A stretch of 64,000 bases of DNA from an uncultured Clostridia bacterium. GTDB lineage: Bacteria > Bacillota > Clostridia > Christensenellales > CAG-1252. The notes under the pieces were generated by a model. That model saw nothing but the letters and a program-made list of their open reading frames with translations. It was not told the origin of the DNA and searched no databases. Of this stretch, positions 45,001-51,000 are shown piece after piece (the first letter of the stretch is position 1; the number at the start of each line of letters is the position of its first letter). The stretch covers positions 1,413-65,412 of the forward strand of contig CALYRM010000001.1 of the NCBI GenBank assembly GCA_945482995.1. Direction: 5' to 3'. The position numbers and the translations under genes are program-made.

Positions 45001-48000
45001 CCGTTATAGACAGCCGAACCACTGTTATTCCAAGTCAAAGTTATGGTCGCTTTGTTTATGGTATACTTGCAGTTCGCGTCCGAAACGTTGCTTGTAAACG
45101 TATAATTCGAAGTTTTTGCCTGACCGCCCTTGATAGCCGACAAAGTGACCGAAGTTACGTTGTAAGTTCCCGCGTTGATAGCGTTCAAACCGTACGAACC
45201 GTTAGCGACGCCGTTTGCCGTATTGACCAAGTTGTTAGATGCAAAAGTCGAAGTCAAAGCGAATACCGCCTTTTCGTCGCCGACCAAACCGCTGACGATA
45301 GCGATAATTCCTTGATTTGCGCCCGTATAAACGCCCGACGTCGCGTTCGTCCAAGTTATCGTAAGAGCGCGCGCGGTGATTTGGTACTTGGTGTTGGCGT
45401 TTGACGTGCCGAAGTTGGCGCTTAGGGTGTAGTTAGAAGGCTTTGCCATACCGCTGACGCTACTGCTTTGTAACGTTATTGCGCTAACGGTATAAGCGCC
45501 TACGTTGACGGCGTAGAAATTAAACGTGCCGTCCGTAACGCCGTTTTCGTGATAAAGCGTATTGCTCGTATAATTGCTTGTAATCGCAAATAACGCTCTT
45601 TCGCTACCTGCCAAACCCGAAACGGTAACGCTTACGCCGTAAGAATTGCCGTCGTATACGTGACTGCCCGTACCCGACCAAGTAAGCGTCAGAGTTTTGG
45701 GCGTTATGGTCGACTTGCAGTTAGCGTCGGTCAGATTATTATTAAACGTATAGTTAGAAACCTTTGCGGATCCGCCCGTAATTGCCGACAATACCACGTC
45801 GGTAACCGTGCTTTCGCCCGCGTTCACGCTTGTGACAAACGTATACGCGCCGTTTCCTTTGCCCGAACCGTTGAGCGTGTTGCTTGCGTAAGTGCTTTTT
45901 ACGCTAAACGTTGCTTTTTCGCTACCTACCAAACCCGAAACGGTTGCGGTAAGCGTTATAGCCGAGCCGTCGTAAATCTTGGCGATCGCTCCGCTCCAAG
46001 TTATCGTAAGACCGCGAGCGGTGATTTGATACTTGGTATTGGCGTTACTCGAGCCTAGATTGACGATCAAATTATAGTTTGACGGTTTTGCCGTTCCGCT
46101 GACGCTACTCGAAATCAAAGTAACCGCGCTGACGGTATACGTACCCGCGTTAACCGAACCGAACGAATAAGTGCCGTTCGACACGCCCGCGGTCGTGTTG
46201 ACCAACGTGTTGGTTGCGTAATCGGTAGTTACGCCGAATATCGCTTTTTCGCTACCCACAAGACCTGCGACCGTAACGCTTACGCCGTAATAATTACCGT
46301 CGTATACGTGACTGCCCGTACCCGACCAAGTAAGCGTCAAGTCTTTTTTGTCGATAGTATATTTTGTGTTGGCGTTGTTTGTTCCTAGATTGACGGTAAG
46401 CGAATAGTTCGACGCCGATGCGTTTCCGCCTGTTATACCGACGATCGAAACGCCCGTAACCGCGTAACTGCCCGCGTTGACCGACCATAGACCGTAAGAA
46501 CCGTTGCCCACGCCCGACGAATTAACGAGATCGTTAGCCGAATAAGTACCGTTTATGCCGAATATCGCCTTTTCGCCGTTGACCAAACCGCTTACTGTCA
46601 CGGTAACGCCGTGGTTTGCTCCGTCGTACACGTGACTGCCCGTACCCGACCAAGTCAAAACTACTTCTTTCTTACTGACGGTAACGTCTGCCGTTACTCC
46701 CGACGAAGGAGCGTCGGCGTTGTTGTATTTGAGTTTGTAGTTAGACATATTGTCCAACTTGATTATAAAGCTATACGTACCCGCAAACACGCCTTGGAAC
46801 GTCGCTTGTCTCGACGTCGATCCGCTTGCCACCGTCAAAATCTTCGACGTAGAATTATACGAAACGCCCGTCGCCGACAGCAATTTGGCGTTTGCGCCCG
46901 CTTCCGCGCTACTGCCGATTCTACCCGAAACGTACAAGGTCAAAGTATCTTTTGCGACCATGTTGCTTATGTTCAAGGTCAAGATGCTTAGGTTAGAACC
47001 GTTATAAATATTGCTTACGGGCGTCAACGTCAACGTCAGTTCTCTCGGAACTATTTGCCAGTTAACGTGTTTTGAATGGTCCGAAGTATAGGACGTTTTG
47101 GGATTATAGGTAGAGCTTGCGCTGTTTATCGTACCCGAATAGCTCCCCGGCAAACAGTAATTGCCCGCCGACGCTCCGCCCAAAGCGGTTATCCAAGTGA
47201 CGTAGTTACCTACGTTCACCGCCGACGATGTTACCGTTCTTCCCGAACAGCTCGAACAAGAAAGTCCCGACGCCAAAGTCAGCGTCAAAACGTCGCCCGA
47301 TTCCACGCCCGACGCGGTTGCGGTCGGACTCAAAGTATTTCCGTTGTAGGTTTGATTTCCTATACCCGTCCAATTAACCGTAATTTCTTTACGGCGAATT
47401 GTATACGTTAGCGAAGGATTGCTCGCCAACTTATAGTTATTGTTGTTCGTACCGTTGATAGTAACGGTATAAGAGCCTGCGTTTACGTTGGAGAACACGA
47501 AGTTTCCGTTGCTGTTTCCTACGCCCGTGCTTCCGTTGGTCAAGGTAAGACCGCTCAAGCCGTAAACGTAATTCGCCGCCAAGGTAGGACGTAGCGCGTT
47601 CTCTTGGCTCGACGTCGAAACCGCATATGTGGTTTGTTTGAGATGCATAACCAAGCCGAACGTCTTTTTCGCGTATACGTAGGTTTGATCGGTCGATATA
47701 GTAGATCCGCCTACCGTACCGCCGTTATAAGCGCGCCAGTCGTTCAGCGTGATCGTAGCCTTGTTAATCAACCATTTTTGCGTTTTGACGTCCAAGGTGT
47801 AGTTAGGCGAACCCGTGGCGACGGTACATGTGTAATTACCTGCGTCCAAAGCCGAATTGCCCGAATATGTAGGAGCGATATCGCTCCAATAGTTTTCGTT
47901 CCACGCCATACCCGACGTGATAGCGACGTTACATTTATATACTTTTCCGTTGTACGTAACGTAACTGCCTACGTCGTAGGTTGCGCTTGCGCTGTACGTC

Positions 48001-51000
48001 GACGGGGTGTATGCTTCCCACTTCGACAAATTCCACGTTTCGCCCGACGTGATAGCCGTCTTGCACTTATAATAACTCGAGCCGTAATAAACGACGTAGC
48101 CCACGGAGTACGCTCTGGTAGGTTTGTAGTACGCGCCGAAGATTTCGTCGAATTCGTCCGTGCCGAAAGTAACCGTACCTTGAACCGTACCGTTAGATAA
48201 CTTTTGCGCCTCATAAGGCAAAATCATCCAAGTTTGCGCTATGTAGTTGAGCGAAATATCGTTCGCGCTACGCGCCACTTGATAAAACGCGTTGCCGTAT
48301 ACGTTGTTTGTCCCCGGAACGAATATCCACTTGGTAACGTTGACCGTTTTGATAGTGATTTCGAAATATCTGCTAGACAACGTCAAACTGTAATTTTGGT
48401 TGGTTTGTATGCTTACGTTACACGTATAAACTACGCCCGCGTTACGGGCCTTAAAATAACTGTTTTCGCTTATTTCCACCGCCGACGTATTTTTGCTCTT
48501 GGTATACGTTTTGTTGGCTTTACCCGTCATACTGTATACGAGAACTACGTCGTAAGCGTCGTTAGAAACAAAGTTGTTTACCTTAAGCACGATACCCAAT
48601 TCGTTTCCGTTGTACTCGAACGCCTTAGGACTAGACGACGAGTTTGCCCCGAGAACCGTACCGTCGGACAAGTACCAACCCGCGTTCAATTCGCGCTTTT
48701 TGATTTCATATGTCGCTTCTTGAGAAATAGAATAGTTACGTCCGGTACTTGTTCCGTACGCTTTTTCTTTGTTTGCTTCGGATTTTGTAGAATTGACAAA
48801 ATCGTTCAGTCCGCTTACCGCTTGGGTGAGCGACGCGAATTTTACCGCGTAACTTCCCGAGTTTATCGACTTAAATTCCCCGCCCGATTCTGCCGCGAAA
48901 CTTCCGCTCGGCGCGCTTTCAAACGACAAATAACTGCCTTGAGCGTTTGCTTTGCCGTTTTCGAACGATATCGTTACTCCTTGGTTGGAGCCGACTAAAC
49001 CCGATATCGAGATCTTATAACCTTTGTAACCGCCGATGTATTCCGAACCCGAACTTCCGCCGATATCGGTTGTCGATACCGAAAGAGCCTTGGGCGTGAT
49101 AGTCCAATTGAGAGTTTGCAAATACTTGCCGTCAAGCGTGTAATTGGTCAAATACGTCGTAGCGGTTAAGTCGGGACGCAACAATTCCTTGTTATTTACG
49201 TCAAAAACTTTGACTACGTATTGATAACTGCCCGCGTCCTTCATCGTAATGCTTACGTTTCCGTTCGCGCTGATTTCTCTATAGTTATAGGTAGTTCCGT
49301 TGACGGCTACCGTTCCGCTTCTTATCGTGGTTCTTACGCCGATCAATCTTACGCTTGCGTTGCTTACCGACTTTATTCCGCCGAAAACCAACGTGTAACC
49401 GTGATCGTTACCGTCGTAAGTAGAAGACGAATTAGCGTTGGATATATCTTTGCCCGCCGTATCCTTGATTGTCAAAGGAGCGGGGATTATGTCGTATACG
49501 TGGGGAACGGTGTATAAGTTACCGCTCAAAGTCGCCTCGTAACCGTTACCGTAGTATCTGTTGATCGGGTTATTGTTTGCGTCGACCATTTTGCTATTGG
49601 CTATGGTCGCGTAGTTACAATATCCGCTAACGTCGAATTCGTAGTTGTTTCTGACGCGCGGAGATACGACCGATAGATTAAACGTAAGCGCATAACAGCC
49701 TACGTTCACGTCGCTCGATTTACCTATCGCGCTTGCTATCGAACCCGTTTGGTTCGAGTCGCTTTTGTCCGACGCGATAAATCCCGACACGTCGAAACAC
49801 CACTTCGAGCCGTCGTATTGCGACGCGCCGTTGTGAGTTTGTTGATAATTACTGTCGTCGTAGATTATATATTTGGTTTTGTCGGTCGTTACGCCGAATT
49901 CCTTATAGTAGGTCAACAACGTTATCGAGAGCGATCTCGGTCTTATCGTGTATTGCAAAGAGTTATTGGTGGTCAAACAACACTTATCGCTGTTTGTCGT
50001 GTTTGACCAACAATAGTTTCTGTTAGCGTCCGACGCCGTAAAGTTGCCCGACGCGCTGTTTTTGAGTATCCAACAACTTTCTACCTGATAGGTTCCCGCG
50101 TCTCTTACCAAGTTTGCGTTATATCCGTCCGATCCCGTGGTATATCCCGAATCTCTTGCGGTAAAGGTCGCTACTGCCGAGCTTAATTTTACTCCGCCGT
50201 AAAAACCGCTTCCGTACCAGTTGGAATTACTGCCTTTTTCGAGTTCGTATACGGTTTTCAAACGACCGTCGGGAGCCGAAACCGTGTACAAATCGTCAAA
50301 GTTCAAACTACCGCCGTCGTAATCGCTGTATTGACTCTTAAACGTCAACGACAATTCGATAGGATTGATGATAGGTTCGCAACGGTTTTTGTCGGTAGAA
50401 CTGGTATCGGTACAACTGATCAACCAAGTACCCGCTACGTTGGCGATACTGTAACCTATGCAATAATAATGTATGTTGTTGTTATAGTAGCTTGCCGAAA
50501 CGTCGTAAATACGGTTGTATTCGGGGCTAAACGTATAACCCGATCCGCTGTACGAATAGTAGTTGGAGTTATTGAACCAGAAGTTATTGTCTTTTTTTGA
50601 CGGAACCCAAACCTTTTCGGTCAACACCGTTACGATCGAGTTTGCGTCGCTCATAGACAGGGTGATGTAATCGTCTAGGTCGTGATAACCGCCGTTCGCT
50701 TGACCGTAGGTTACCGCGGACGGATTTTTAACCAATCCCGACAAGACGGGCGTGTCCAATTCCCACTTTAGATAATATACCGACGCAGTTCCCGTCAAAC
50801 CGGTGACCTGCGTGTTTGCTGCGCTGGTACAACTTGAGTTGGTATACCAACCTTGTTGAGTAAAGTTATCGTCCGAATTCGGATTGTTGATTTTATCGTC
50901 TTTGGTATTATATATTCCGTCAGCCGTATCGTAGTAGTTTGCCAAATTAAGAGTTGCGCCGTACTCTACCGTCATAGGCGCTCTGCATAGCGAAACCGAA

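Noticed and set aside
26900-46690. Regularly spaced repeats that could be mistaken for a CRISPR array or a satellite
   Set aside because: The period is 327-339 nt, a multiple of 3, within one open frame. The units are long, protein-coding and diverge mainly in a codon-wise manner. There are no short direct repeats with unique spacers and no cas genes.
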